Assembly: GCA_964648295.1 (NCBI GenBank) | Contig: CAZYNH010000002.1 | Coordinates: forward strand, 259,075 to 323,074 | Origin: an uncultured Bacteroidia bacterium | Lineage (GTDB): Bacteria; UBA4055 | Direction of reading: 5' to 3' | DNA length: 64,000 bases | Part shown: piece by piece, positions 11,022 to 20,027 of the stretch | Numbering within the stretch: the stretch's first letter is position 1 | Layout of the letters: each line of letters opens with the position of its first letter | Notes under the pieces: generated by a model | Seen by the model: the letters and a program-made list of their open reading frames with translations, nothing else | Databases searched by the model: none | Told to the model about the DNA's origin: nothing | Program-made: the position numbers and the translations under genes

Positions 11022-13706
11022 ATGAATGTTCACAATCTGGACTGTATTTTCAAACCTCAAAGAATAGCTCTTGTGGGTGTTTCTTCAAATCCCAACAGCG
11101 TCAGCGGTAAGGTACTCACGAACATAGTTTCCGCCGGTTTCAAAGGAGTAGTCTATCCTGTCAATCCTGACTACGAGGCTGTAATGGCAATGACCTGCTT
11201 TCCGGACATTAAAAGCCTTCCGAGAAAGCCGGACCTCGCTGTCATCTGCACGGCGGCCGGAGAAGTTCCGGGCCGTATAAGGGAATGCGGAGAAGCTAAG
11301 ATCAGCGGAGTGATAATAATGTCGTCAGGTTTTAAAGAGACCGGCGGCGAGGGAATAAAGCTCGAGGAAGAGATACTTGCAGAGAAAGCTAAATACCCTG
11401 ATATGAGAATAATAGGGCCGAACTGCTTAGGCATAATCGTTCCGGGACTTGACCTGAATGTCAGTTTCGCGCCGGACATTCCCAGAAAAGGCAGTATCGC
11501 CTTTATATCGCAGTCCGGCGCTCTGTGCACATCCGTGCTCGACTGGGCGAACGATGAAAAGATCGGTTTTTCCAGCTTTGTATCGATCGGTAATACCATT
11601 GATGTGGACTACGGTCACCTGATCGATTATTTCGGCGAGGATGAGAATACCAGATCGATAATACTCTATGTTGAATCTATAACCGACGCGCGGAAATTCA
11701 TGACGGCCGCGAGAGCTTTCGCAAGAACCAAGCCGATAATCGTTTATAAGGCCGGAAGATTCCCGGAATCAGCTGCCGTGGCAGCGTCCCACACGGGCGC
11801 CCTTGCGTCAGAGGACAGCGTTTACGATGCCGCTTTCAGGAGGACCGGACTTGCCAGGGTCTATGACATAGGAGAGATCTTCGACTGTACCGAGCTGATA
11901 GCGAGGAACAAGATACCAAAAGGGGCAAGGCTCGGCATCGTAACAAATGCCGGCGGGCCCGGAGTAATGGCCGCGGACGCGCTGATCGCTTCAAAAGGTA
12001 AGCTCGCAAAACTCAGTGATGAGACAATTGCCCTGCTTAACGAGAATCTCCCGCCGGCATGGTCGCACGGGAACCCCGTGGACGTGCTTGGGGACGCAAG
12101 GTCTAAGAGGATAGCTAAAGCCGTCAAGATAGTTCTTGACGATAAGAATGTGGATGCGGTTCTGGTAATACTCACACCTCAGGCAATGACGAACGCGGAT
12201 GCCACCGCAAAGGCTATAGGCGAACTTTCAGCCGAAACCAGAAAACCGGTACTTGCGTCATGGCTGGGCGGAAAGAGCATGAAAGACGGACTGAAGATAC
12301 TGAACGATCACGGCGTCGCCGCATACAAAACCCCTGAACAGGCTGTCAGGGCATTCATGACGCTCGTAAAATACGCAAGGAATCTTGAGACGCTTTACGA
12401 AACGCCAAAAGATATTCCGGTCGAATTCTCGCTGAACAGAAAAAAGATCAGGGATGAATTCAGGTCCATAATCAGGAACAATGTGACCGTTCTTTCGGAA
12501 GAGAACTCAAAGAAACTTCTTGCTGCATACGATATTAATGTTACCGTCCCGTTCCCCGCGGCAACGGCTGAAGAGGCAGTTTTGATCTCAAAGCAAATAG
12601 GATTCCCTGTCGTCTTCAAGATAAATTCTCCGGATATTACCCATAAGACCGATGTCGGCGGGGTGATTATCGATATAAATTCGGCTGAGACAGCGTTACT
12701 TTCTTTTAACAGGATAATGGAGAACGCGAAAAAAGCGGTGCATGAAGCAGGGCTAACAGGTATCACGGTGCAGAAGATGATAAAAATGAAAGATTCGGCC
12801 GAAGTGATCCTAGGCATAAAGAAAGACAGGATATTCGGAACTGTGATCCTTGTCGGCGCGGGAGGTGTTACGGCAGAGCTTTTCGGAGACATGTCATTGG
12901 GATTCCCGCCGCTTAACGAAAGGCTGGCCAGGGAAATGCTCCAGAATCTCAAGATATGGCCGCTTCTCAAAGGGTACAGGGGCAAGCAGCCTGTAAATAT
13001 TGATATGCTGATAGAAGTGATGATCAGGCTTTCCTACCTGGCCGCTGACTATCCCGAAATAACAGAACTTGACATAAATCCGCTGCTCGTAGGAGCTGAA
13101 GGTGTTTACGCTCTTGACGCGAGGGTTGTCGTTGATTTGGATTCTGCCGGAAAACATACGGAAAGGTATTCTCATCTGGCATTAAAGCCCTACCCGGAAG
13201 AGTATGTGAAGAAAGGCATTTCCCTTGACGGATGTGATGTAACTTTAAGACCCATAAAACCTGAGGACGAGCCTTTGTGGCTTGAGCTTCTGGGAAGCTG
13301 TTCAAGAGAATCTATCTATTCAAGGTTCAGATATTTTTTCCAGTGGTCTTCGCACGATGTTGCCACAAGGTACTGTTATATTGATTATGACAGGGAGATA
13401 GCTATTGTAGCGGAGATCGTTGAGGACGGGAAAAGAAAGCTGATCGGTGTCGGCAGGCTGATATCCGATCCTGAAAAGAACACTGTTGAATACGCTATAC
13501 TCATAACGGACAAATGGCAGAACAGGGACCTCGGAGGGATACTTACGGATTACTGCATCGATATAGCTCATAAATGGGGCATGAAGAAAATTTATGCCCA
13601 GACGACGACCGACAACCACAGAATGATAGCTCTTTTCAGAAAAAGAGGATTTAAAATTCTTGAAAAAGACGGCGACAATACTATAGAGGTGGAAAAAGAG
13701 TTCTGA
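11022..13706 (+). CDS. NDP-forming acyl-CoA synthetase-like / C-terminal GNAT fusion (Pat/PatZ-type protein acetyltransferase architecture)
   Basis: CoA-binding N-terminus, GPNCLG, SQSGAL, AASHTGALA, NPVDVLGDA, ATP-grasp HKTDVGGV and ELDINPL, C-terminal GNAT (GVGRL). Start moved to ATG 11022 (GGAG SD) because the track start lies inside the tRNA. Confidence 0.88.
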   Translation: MNVHNLDCIFKPQRIALVGVSSNPNSVSGKVLTNIVSAGFKGVVYPVNPDYEAVMAMTCFPDIKSLPRKPDLAVICTAAGEVPGRIRECGEAKISGVIIMSSGFKETGGEGIKLEEEILAEKAKYPDMRIIGPNCLGIIVPGLDLNVSFAPDIPRKGSIAFISQSGALCTSVLDWANDEKIGFSSFVSIGNTIDVDYGHLIDYFGEDENTRSIILYVESITDARKFMTAARAFARTKPIIVYKAGRFPESAAVAASHTGALASEDSVYDAAFRRTGLARVYDIGEIFDCTELIARNKIPKGARLGIVTNAGGPGVMAADALIASKGKLAKLSDETIALLNENLPPAWSHGNPVDVLGDARSKRIAKAVKIVLDDKNVDAVLVILTPQAMTNADATAKAIGELSAETRKPVLASWLGGKSMKDGLKILNDHGVAAYKTPEQAVRAFMTLVKYARNLETLYETPKDIPVEFSLNRKKIRDEFRSIIRNNVTVLSEENSKKLLAAYDINVTVPFPAATAEEAVLISKQIGFPVVFKINSPDITHKTDVGGVIIDINSAETALLSFNRIMENAKKAVHEAGLTGITVQKMIKMKDSAEVILGIKKDRIFGTVILVGAGGVTAELFGDMSLGFPPLNERLAREMLQNLKIWPLLKGYRGKQPVNIDMLIEVMIRLSYLAADYPEITELDINPLLVGAEGVYALDARVVVDLDSAGKHTERYSHLALKPYPEEYVKKGISLDGCDVTLRPIKPEDEPLWLELLGSCSRESIYSRFRYFFQWSSHDVATRYCYIDYDREIAIVAEIVEDGKRKLIGVGRLISDPEKNTVEYAILITDKWQNRDLGGILTDYCIDIAHKWGMKKIYAQTTTDNHRMIALFRKRGFKILEKDGDNTIEVEKEF

Positions 13707-14222
13707 TCAGTTTTTCAGGTAGTTCACGATCTCTTTCAGGTCTATCCTTTCGGGAAGTTCTTTTCCGAATGATCTGATAAAATTCTCGTTAAGCCTGACC
13801 AGTTCGATGTTTATATCGTCCATGTCAAGCGTGTTGGAAGCGCTGAACGCAGGGATCTTTTCCTTAAAGTTCATCTCGCAGAAAGTGATATTCTTCAAAT
13901 TCGGCTCGTCTTCCTCGCCGTAAGCGAGAGGGAGTCCGTGCGTCCTGCAGATAAGCGGCCTCAACTCATATATCTGGCAGAGTTTGTTTTTAAGCATTGA
14001 ACAGCTTTCCCCGGTCAGATCGGGCAGAATGTTCTTCTCCTTAAGCGCGTAAACTATTGAAAAGAACTCTATAGGCAGAACGCTGGTGTCAAGACAGCAG
14101 GACGAGCAGCCTTTTCCGCATGAGATGTTCTTGGAGTGTTTCTTTTCTATGGCAGCGATCTTTTCGTCGACATATTTTATGAATTCATAATACGCATCAA
14201 AATAATACTGGTTGTTATCCAT
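13707..14222 (-). CDS. YkgJ-family cysteine-cluster (Fe-S/Zn) protein
   Basis: CGKGCSSCC, C..L...CQIYELRPLICRTHG motifs. Confidence 0.8.
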   Translation of the reverse strand: MDNNQYYFDAYYEFIKYVDEKIAAIEKKHSKNISCGKGCSSCCLDTSVLPIEFFSIVYALKEKNILPDLTGESCSMLKNKLCQIYELRPLICRTHGLPLAYGEEDEPNLKNITFCEMNFKEKIPAFSASNTLDMDDINIELVRLNENFIRSFGKELPERIDLKEIVNYLKN

Positions 14223-14475
14223 CTACTCTCTCGAGCTCGTTTTCATTGACTTTTATCTCGGTTCTTATGCTTCTGAACCCATAATTTAAAATGTAGGCAA
14301 GGACTATCAGTAGAAGTATGGCGAGAAATACCATTCTTTTTTTTGAGGGCTTTCTTTCCGCGGAGGAATAGGATGTGAATCTCATCCTTTCCTTCAAAGG
14401 CTTCCTGTCGTCTTTTTTGAGGCTCTTTGATGTGGTGTAGGAGAACTGCTTCTTCTGAGGTTTATTTCCGAACAT
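14215..14475 (-). CDS. Small basic protein with one transmembrane helix
   Basis: Lys/Arg-rich N-terminus then MVFLAILLLIVLAYIL; ATG 14475 preferred because it follows the upstream stop at 14486. Confidence 0.55.
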   Translation of the reverse strand: MFGNKPQKKQFSYTTSKSLKKDDRKPLKERMRFTSYSSAERKPSKKRMVFLAILLLIVLAYILNYGFRSIRTEIKVNENELERVDG

Positions 14476-14485
14476 CAAGATCCCG

Positions 14486-15679
14486 TTACCTTTTATTGTA
14501 AGCCTCAATTCCGAGTTTTAAAATCTCTATAGCTTTCACCAGATCCTCTTCTTTGAGAACATAGGCTATCCTTATCTGGTTCCTGCCCAGTCCGGGAGTA
14601 GCGTAAAATCCCGACGCAGGGGCTACCATTGTCGTGGCGTTATTATGTCTGAAATCGGATAAGAGCCATTTCGCGAAGTCGTCAGCGTCATCAACAGGCA
14701 GGCCGACCACCATGTAGAATGCGCCTTTCGGCATCGGCACCGTCACGCCGGGAATGGCGGAAAGTTCTCTGTAAGCGATATTCCTTCTTTTTGTGTATTC
14801 GGTATGAACTTCCTCAAAATACGAATCCGGCGTGTCGACCGCCGCCTCTGCGGCTGCCTGGTCAACACTGGGCGGGCAGAGCCTTGCCTGGCCGAACTTG
14901 AGCACGAGGGCAAGAAGTTCCTTGTTCCTGGTAACTATGCAGCCGATCCTCGATCCGCATGCGGAATATCTTTTTGATGTGGAGTCTATCATCACAGCGT
15001 TCTCCTCAAAACCGTCGAACTGCAGTATTGAAGTAGCGCTGCAGTCGTAAGTGAATTCTCTGTAGACCTCGTCAGAAATTACATAAAGGTTGTGTTTCTT
15101 TGCGAAATCCACAAGCTCCTGAAGTCTCCCTCTTGAAAATACGGCACCTGTCGGGTTTCCGGGATTACAGATCACAATTGCTTTAGTTTTGGGCGTAAGC
15201 TTGCTTTCGAATTCGCTTATCTGAGGCAGGTCGAAGCCGTTCTCAATATTTGTCGTGATAGGAACAACGTTAACTCCAGCCATAACAGCAAAACCGTTAT
15301 AGTTAGTATAGAAAGGTTCGGGTATGATCACTTCCTCCCCGGGCGACAGCGCCGATAAAAGCGTGAAGATTATAGCTTCGCTTCCGCCGGTCGTTACGAA
15401 AATGTTCGATTCATCGACATCTATATTCACTTTCTTATAGTACTGAACAAGTTTTTTTCTGTATGAAAGTAGCCCTTCGCTCGGGCCGTATTCTATTACC
15501 GGAGGTATATTGTGATAAGCCTCGATCATGTTCGGCGAGGTCTTGATGTCAGGCTGGCCGATGTTTAGAGGATAAACATGAACGCCTTCGCTCCTTGCCT
15601 TAAAAGCAAAGGGGGCGAGCTTTCTTATCGGACTTGACTGCATTATCGCGTTGCGCGACGATAAACTTAATTTTCCCAT
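14486..15679 (-). CDS. PLP-dependent class I/II aminotransferase (aspartate aminotransferase-like)
   Basis: LNIGQPD, TTGGSEA, CNPGNPTG, SDEVY, DSTSKRYSACGSRIG (PLP Lys); ATG 15679 with GGAG SD. Confidence 0.92.
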   Translation of the reverse strand: MGKLSLSSRNAIMQSSPIRKLAPFAFKARSEGVHVYPLNIGQPDIKTSPNMIEAYHNIPPVIEYGPSEGLLSYRKKLVQYYKKVNIDVDESNIFVTTGGSEAIIFTLLSALSPGEEVIIPEPFYTNYNGFAVMAGVNVVPITTNIENGFDLPQISEFESKLTPKTKAIVICNPGNPTGAVFSRGRLQELVDFAKKHNLYVISDEVYREFTYDCSATSILQFDGFEENAVMIDSTSKRYSACGSRIGCIVTRNKELLALVLKFGQARLCPPSVDQAAAEAAVDTPDSYFEEVHTEYTKRRNIAYRELSAIPGVTVPMPKGAFYMVVGLPVDDADDFAKWLLSDFRHNNATTMVAPASGFYATPGLGRNQIRIAYVLKEEDLVKAIEILKLGIEAYNKR

Positions 15680-15710
15680 TTTATGCTCCGGTTTAATTAA
15701 AATCCGAGAA

Positions 15711-15739
15711 ATTATAACAACGGTCATGGATTTTGTCAA
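15711..15739 (-). promoter_or_regulatory. Consensus sigma70 promoter for the aminotransferase operon
   Basis: Minus strand TTGACA-17 nt-TATAAT. Confidence 0.85.
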
Positions 15740-15769
15740 GCAATGTGATTATCTGAATTTTATTATATT

Positions 15770-16369
15770 TCAGAAATTTCTCCTTTCCTCGAACGCCTGT
15801 TTTAATGTTATCTCGTCGGTAAATTCGATCTCCCCGCCAACCGGGATGCCTGTCGCAAGTCTTGTGATCTTAATATTCGTATCTTTCAGCTTCTCTGAGA
15901 TGTACAAGGCTGTAGTGTCTCCTTCGACCGAGTGGTTGAGAGCGATTATGAGCTCTTTTACCCTGTTTGCCGATACGCTGTTAAAAAGTGCGGGGAAATT
16001 TAGGGATGACGGCCCTATGCCGTCAAGAGGGCTTATCAGGCCGCCGATGACATGATAGATACCTTTATGAACATTCAGCTTCTCGAACATGTCGAGGTCG
16101 CTGAAATTTTCAACCACGCAGACAAGGGAATGGTCACGCAGAGGATCGGAACAGATGTCGCATACGCTCTTTTCTGTGAGATTATGGCATCTGCTGCATA
16201 ATCCCAGCCTGCTTTTGGCTTCAGTGACCGCTTCGGAAAGCTTTCGTGATACCTTTTCATCAGAATTTATCAGATAATATGATATCCTGCGCGCTGATTT
16301 CCTGCCTATTCCCGGGAGTCTAGCGAACGAATCTATCAGATTCTGGAGTATGTCTGATCTGCCGCCCAT
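15770..16369 (-). CDS. recR: Recombination mediator RecR
   Basis: LPGIGRKSA HhH, CSRC...CDIC Zn finger, Toprim VCVVE, synteny with dnaX-ebfC. Confidence 0.97.
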   Translation of the reverse strand: MGGRSDILQNLIDSFARLPGIGRKSARRISYYLINSDEKVSRKLSEAVTEAKSRLGLCSRCHNLTEKSVCDICSDPLRDHSLVCVVENFSDLDMFEKLNVHKGIYHVIGGLISPLDGIGPSSLNFPALFNSVSANRVKELIIALNHSVEGDTTALYISEKLKDTNIKITRLATGIPVGGEIEFTDEITLKQAFEERRNF

Positions 16370-16701
16370 CAGAATCCTGGGATCTTAAATCCGTCCGGCA
16401 GTTTCGGGACAATTTTTGTCATTTCTTCGCCGGATATTTTATCGGCCTCTTCGGAAGCGTGGTTCACTGCCGCCAGGATGAGGTCTTCCAGACCTTCCGA
16501 ATCATCGGGGTCGATAATTTTCGGATCGATTTTTATAGATAATATCTTTTTTTTCCCGTTCATACGGACTTTTACCATACCTCCGCCCGTTGTACCTTCC
16601 ACCTCAACTGTCTCCAGCGCTTTCTGCGATTTCTGCATATCCTCCTGCATTTTCTGAGCCTGTTTGAGCAGAGAGCCCATATCCATGTTCATTCCGGCCA
16701 T
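16369..16701 (-). CDS. ybaB: YbaB/EbfC nucleoid-associated protein
   Basis: LLKQAQKMQ, GGGMVKV, LEDLILAAVN; lies between dnaX and recR. Confidence 0.95.
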   Translation of the reverse strand: MAGMNMDMGSLLKQAQKMQEDMQKSQKALETVEVEGTTGGGMVKVRMNGKKKILSIKIDPKIIDPDDSEGLEDLILAAVNHASEEADKISGEEMTKIVPKLPDGFKIPGF

Positions 16702-16719
16702 CTGAGATTTCTCCTGTTA

Positions 16720-18396
16720 TTAATCAATGAATTTACAGTTAAAGGGTTCCTCAAATAGGAATTTGAGCTGCGGAGCCTTTGAAAGCAGTTCGGCTTTCTT
16801 CTCCTCGGCCGACCTTTTAACATCTTTTTTTACTTTTATTATCCTTTCGGACTGCTTAATAGTGCCTTCCTCGAACTCGATTTTCAGATCAATAAGCCCG
16901 AAAAAAGAATTAAGCTCCTTTTCTATCTCCGCTTTTTTCGAATCGCAGAGGTTTTTGAATACCTTGTCTTTTTTATCAAATTTTATTTTTAGAATACGGT
17001 CGCCGATAATCTCTGTAGGAAGTCCGAATTCAAGAACACCCAGCCTTGAGTTTGCCGATGTTAAAGCATTCACGAATTCTTCCCAGCGGGATATCAGGGT
17101 CTGGATCGTAACTTCGGAGAGTGTCGGAGTTTCAGGCTGAGTTACGGGGTCAGGAGTTTTTTTTTTGTCTTCTTCCGGTAAAGCTGCCGCCTGTGTCTGC
17201 GGTATATGCCCGATCCGGGAGGAAATATCTTTTATTATCTCATCTATATCTATCTGGAGATCGCCTTCGATCATGGAAATTTTTTTTATTATCTCCTCGA
17301 TTTTTGCCGCGGGCTCATGATGAAGTATCTTTAGAAGGATTATCTCAAAGTCCATTCTCTGGAAAGGCGATGTTTTGAGTTTCTGAACAGACTGGCTGAG
17401 TATATCTATAAACAGCAGAATGTCTTTTTCCCCGAATTTGTCTTTATACCGTCTTAGTCTTGAAGCGCTTTCCGACGACATATCCAGAATTCTCGCGTCA
17501 TTAACTGTTTTCAGAATGAGAAGGTCCCTGAAAAATTCCATCAGACCCTTTATATATGCAGTAATATGAAGGCCTTTTCCGAAAAGTCCGTCAATATAAT
17601 CCATTAAAATTCCGGTATCTTTTGAAAGGACTATATCGGTCAGTTCAAAGAATGATTCAGTCTGCGGAACGCCCAGCGCGTCGGCGGTCTTTTCCGCTGT
17701 GATCCTGTTGCCCGAAAAAGCTATTACCTGATCTAAAGCCGACTGTGAATCTCTCACGGATCCGTCTCCCGCCTTGGCGAGCATTATGAGCGAGGACTCG
17801 TCTATTTCAACGCCCTCTTTTCCGCAGATATCCTTAAGAGCCCTGCTTAGAATCTCAATGTCAACCCGCTTGAAGTCGTGGCGCTGGCATCTGGAAAGTA
17901 TCGTGGCCGGAACCTCGTTCACCTCAGTAGTCGCAAAAATAAAAGTGGCATGTTCAGGAGGTTCTTCAAGCGTCTTTAAAAGGGCGTTGAAAGCCTGGTT
18001 GGTAAGCATATGGACTTCGTCTATTATGTATATCTTCCTGCGGCTTTTAGCCGGCGAGAATTTAATGTCGTCCCTCAGGTCGCGGATCTCGTCAATACCT
18101 CTGTTGGACGCTCCGTCGATCTCTTTTACATCGAGGCTGTTGCCCTGATCTATCTCCACGCAGTTAGAGCAGACTCCGCACGGTTTTGGGGTTACTCCAG
18201 TTTCGCAGTTCAGGCATTTTGCGAGTATCCTTGAAATTGTGGTCTTGCCCACACCTCTCGGTCCCGTGAGAAGATATGCGTGATGTACCTTGTTGTTCTT
18301 AATGGCGTTGGTGAGCGTGGTGGTAACATGCTCCTGTCCGATCACGTCCTCGAATGTCAGCGGCCTGTATTTTCTGGCTATAACCAGGTAGCTCAT
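16720..18396 (-). CDS. dnaX: DNA polymerase III subunit gamma/tau
   Basis: ARKYRP, GPRGVGKTT Walker A, Zn-binding Cys, IIDEVHML, SRC motif. Confidence 0.98.
   Translation of the reverse strand: MSYLVIARKYRPLTFEDVIGQEHVTTTLTNAIKNNKVHHAYLLTGPRGVGKTTISRILAKCLNCETGVTPKPCGVCSNCVEIDQGNSLDVKEIDGASNRGIDEIRDLRDDIKFSPAKSRRKIYIIDEVHMLTNQAFNALLKTLEEPPEHATFIFATTEVNEVPATILSRCQRHDFKRVDIEILSRALKDICGKEGVEIDESSLIMLAKAGDGSVRDSQSALDQVIAFSGNRITAEKTADALGVPQTESFFELTDIVLSKDTGILMDYIDGLFGKGLHITAYIKGLMEFFRDLLILKTVNDARILDMSSESASRLRRYKDKFGEKDILLFIDILSQSVQKLKTSPFQRMDFEIILLKILHHEPAAKIEEIIKKISMIEGDLQIDIDEIIKDISSRIGHIPQTQAAALPEEDKKKTPDPVTQPETPTLSEVTIQTLISRWEEFVNALTSANSRLGVLEFGLPTEIIGDRILKIKFDKKDKVFKNLCDSKKAEIEKELNSFFGLIDLKIEFEEGTIKQSERIIKVKKDVKRSAEEKKAELLSKAPQLKFLFEEPFNCKFID
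17157..17166 (-). other. A10 homopolymer in the dnaX linker, candidate slippage/frameshift site
   Basis: GAC AAA AAA AAA ACT; one extra A gives AAC TCC TGA, one fewer A gives CTC CTG ACC CCG TAA. Confidence 0.55.
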
Positions 18397-18428
18397 TTTT
18401 CTTCTCTTCCCGATTTGTAAGGGACTAA

Positions 18429-18457
18429 AATATAGTCAAATGTATTCAGTTTTGCAA
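18429..18457 (-). promoter_or_regulatory. Sigma70-type promoter for dnaX-ebfC-recR
   Basis: Minus strand TTGCAA-17 nt-TATATT. Confidence 0.65.
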
Positions 18458-18510
18458 GAGTAAAAATCGTTTAGAAAATATAAGTGAATATGTTTAGTAT
18501 CCAATAGGTC

Positions 18511-18556
18511 TTGACTTTCTCCGGAAAATAATATATATTTAAACTTACTGGAGAAA
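18511..18556 (+). promoter_or_regulatory. abiE promoter overlapped by an inverted repeat (candidate AbiEi operator)
   Basis: TTGACT-17-TATATT; TTTCTCCGG (18516-24) and CTGGAGAAA (18548-56) are inverted with one mismatch. Confidence 0.6.
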
Positions 18557-18566
18557 ATAAGCGGTC

Positions 18567-19157
18567 ATGTATTACGATACTCTCATACTCAAAAACCTCC
18601 TTTCGGATTATTCATCGCCGAAATCAAAACTTACTTTTCTCGCAAGATCGGGCGAATACATCAGGATACGGCGCGGGCTTTATATAAAAAAAGGCGAATA
18701 CAATCCGAAAACACTCGCGAATATTATCTACGGTCCCTCGTATATTTCGTTTGAATATGCGCTTTCGATTTACGGCATGATACCTGAAAGAGCGGAAACC
18801 GTCACATCGGCTGTTTACAATAAAAATAAAGATAAGGAATTCGAAACCCCGGCAGGCAGGTTCACATACAAATATATTAATGCCTCGGTTTATTTCTACG
18901 GTATAGAACGATACGAAGAGAATGGAGAACCATATCTGATCGCCTCAAAGGAAAAAGCTCTCTGCGATCTGCTTTACAAGATAAAAAGTGCCGATGCCGG
19001 AATCGGGATTGAAACGCTTCTTTTCGACGATCTCAGGATAGCTGAAAATGAATTTATGAAGCTGAGATTGAATGATATAAAGACACTTGCTCCGCTTTAT
19101 AACAGAACTGTCCATATCCGGATGCTCGATTTTTTAAAAAAGAGGAAAAAACTATGA
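18567..19157 (+). CDS. Type IV TA antitoxin, AbiEi-like
   Basis: N-terminal wHTH-like IRIRRGLY, PSYISFEYALSIYGMIPE, IASKEKALCD; 4-nt overlap with the toxin gene. Confidence 0.85.
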   Translation: MYYDTLILKNLLSDYSSPKSKLTFLARSGEYIRIRRGLYIKKGEYNPKTLANIIYGPSYISFEYALSIYGMIPERAETVTSAVYNKNKDKEFETPAGRFTYKYINASVYFYGIERYEENGEPYLIASKEKALCDLLYKIKSADAGIGIETLLFDDLRIAENEFMKLRLNDIKTLAPLYNRTVHIRMLDFLKKRKKL

Positions 19158-20017
19158 AAAGCGCCGTTCTGAATATGCTTGAAAAATATAAATGCGTTAC
19201 GACCGACGATTACAGGAACGCTCTAAAGGAGATTATTCAGGAAATAGCTTTACTAGGGCTTTACCGCGCGAACTTCTTTTCAAAAGCCGCCTTTTACGGA
19301 GGATCCGCGCTCAGAATATTCTACGGGACAAGAAGATTTTCCGAAGATCTCGATTTTTCTTTGATAGCTGCCGATGCCAAATTCGATATTTCTCAGTATT
19401 GCGATGCGGTAAAAGAAGAACTCGGAGCGTACGGCTTTAAAATGGAAGTTGAAAAAAAGATCAAATCTTTCGATTCGAATATAGAGTCGGCGTTTATAAA
19501 GGGCGGAACGAAGATCCAGATAATGAATATCACATCCGCCATTCCCGGAATAGAGAAAATGCACAGGAACGAAAATCTGAAGATAAAGCTGGAAGTTGAC
19601 ACTAATCCTCCATCCGGAGCAGGATTTGAGGTCAGATACCACCTGTCGCCGGTACCATATTCCGTTCAGCTTTACGATATTTCATCGTTGTTTGCGGGAA
19701 AACTTCATGCCGTTCTATGCAGGAATTGGGGTGGAGGAAGATCTAAGGGAAGAGACATTTACGATCTCGTATGGTATTTATCGCAAGATGCAAAACCGAA
19801 CCTTGAGCATCTTTCAGCAAGGATGAGACAGACAGGTCATTTTAGTGCGGAAAAGAAACTGACCGCTGACGAATTGAGATCAATGCTGGTCGAAAAATTC
19901 AGCGGAATGGATTTTAAAGCCGCTAAAAAGGATGTGGAACCGTTCATCAGAGACGCTAGGGAACTTGATCTTTGGTCAAAGGAATTCTTCATATCAATAA
20001 TTCAGGACAAACTTTAA
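19154..20017 (+). CDS. Type IV TA toxin, AbiEii-family nucleotidyltransferase
   Basis: FYGGSALRIFYG.RRFSEDLDF NTase motif, KLEVD, GKLHA, KGRDIYD. Confidence 0.9.
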   Translation: MKSAVLNMLEKYKCVTTDDYRNALKEIIQEIALLGLYRANFFSKAAFYGGSALRIFYGTRRFSEDLDFSLIAADAKFDISQYCDAVKEELGAYGFKMEVEKKIKSFDSNIESAFIKGGTKIQIMNITSAIPGIEKMHRNENLKIKLEVDTNPPSGAGFEVRYHLSPVPYSVQLYDISSLFAGKLHAVLCRNWGGGRSKGRDIYDLVWYLSQDAKPNLEHLSARMRQTGHFSAEKKLTADELRSMLVEKFSGMDFKAAKKDVEPFIRDARELDLWSKEFFISIIQDKL

Positions 20018-20027
20018 AGGAATAACC

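Noticed and set aside
17280-17287. Second A8 run in dnaX as the recoding site
   Set aside because: Shorter than the run length usually needed for efficient slippage; A7-A8 runs are common in this window
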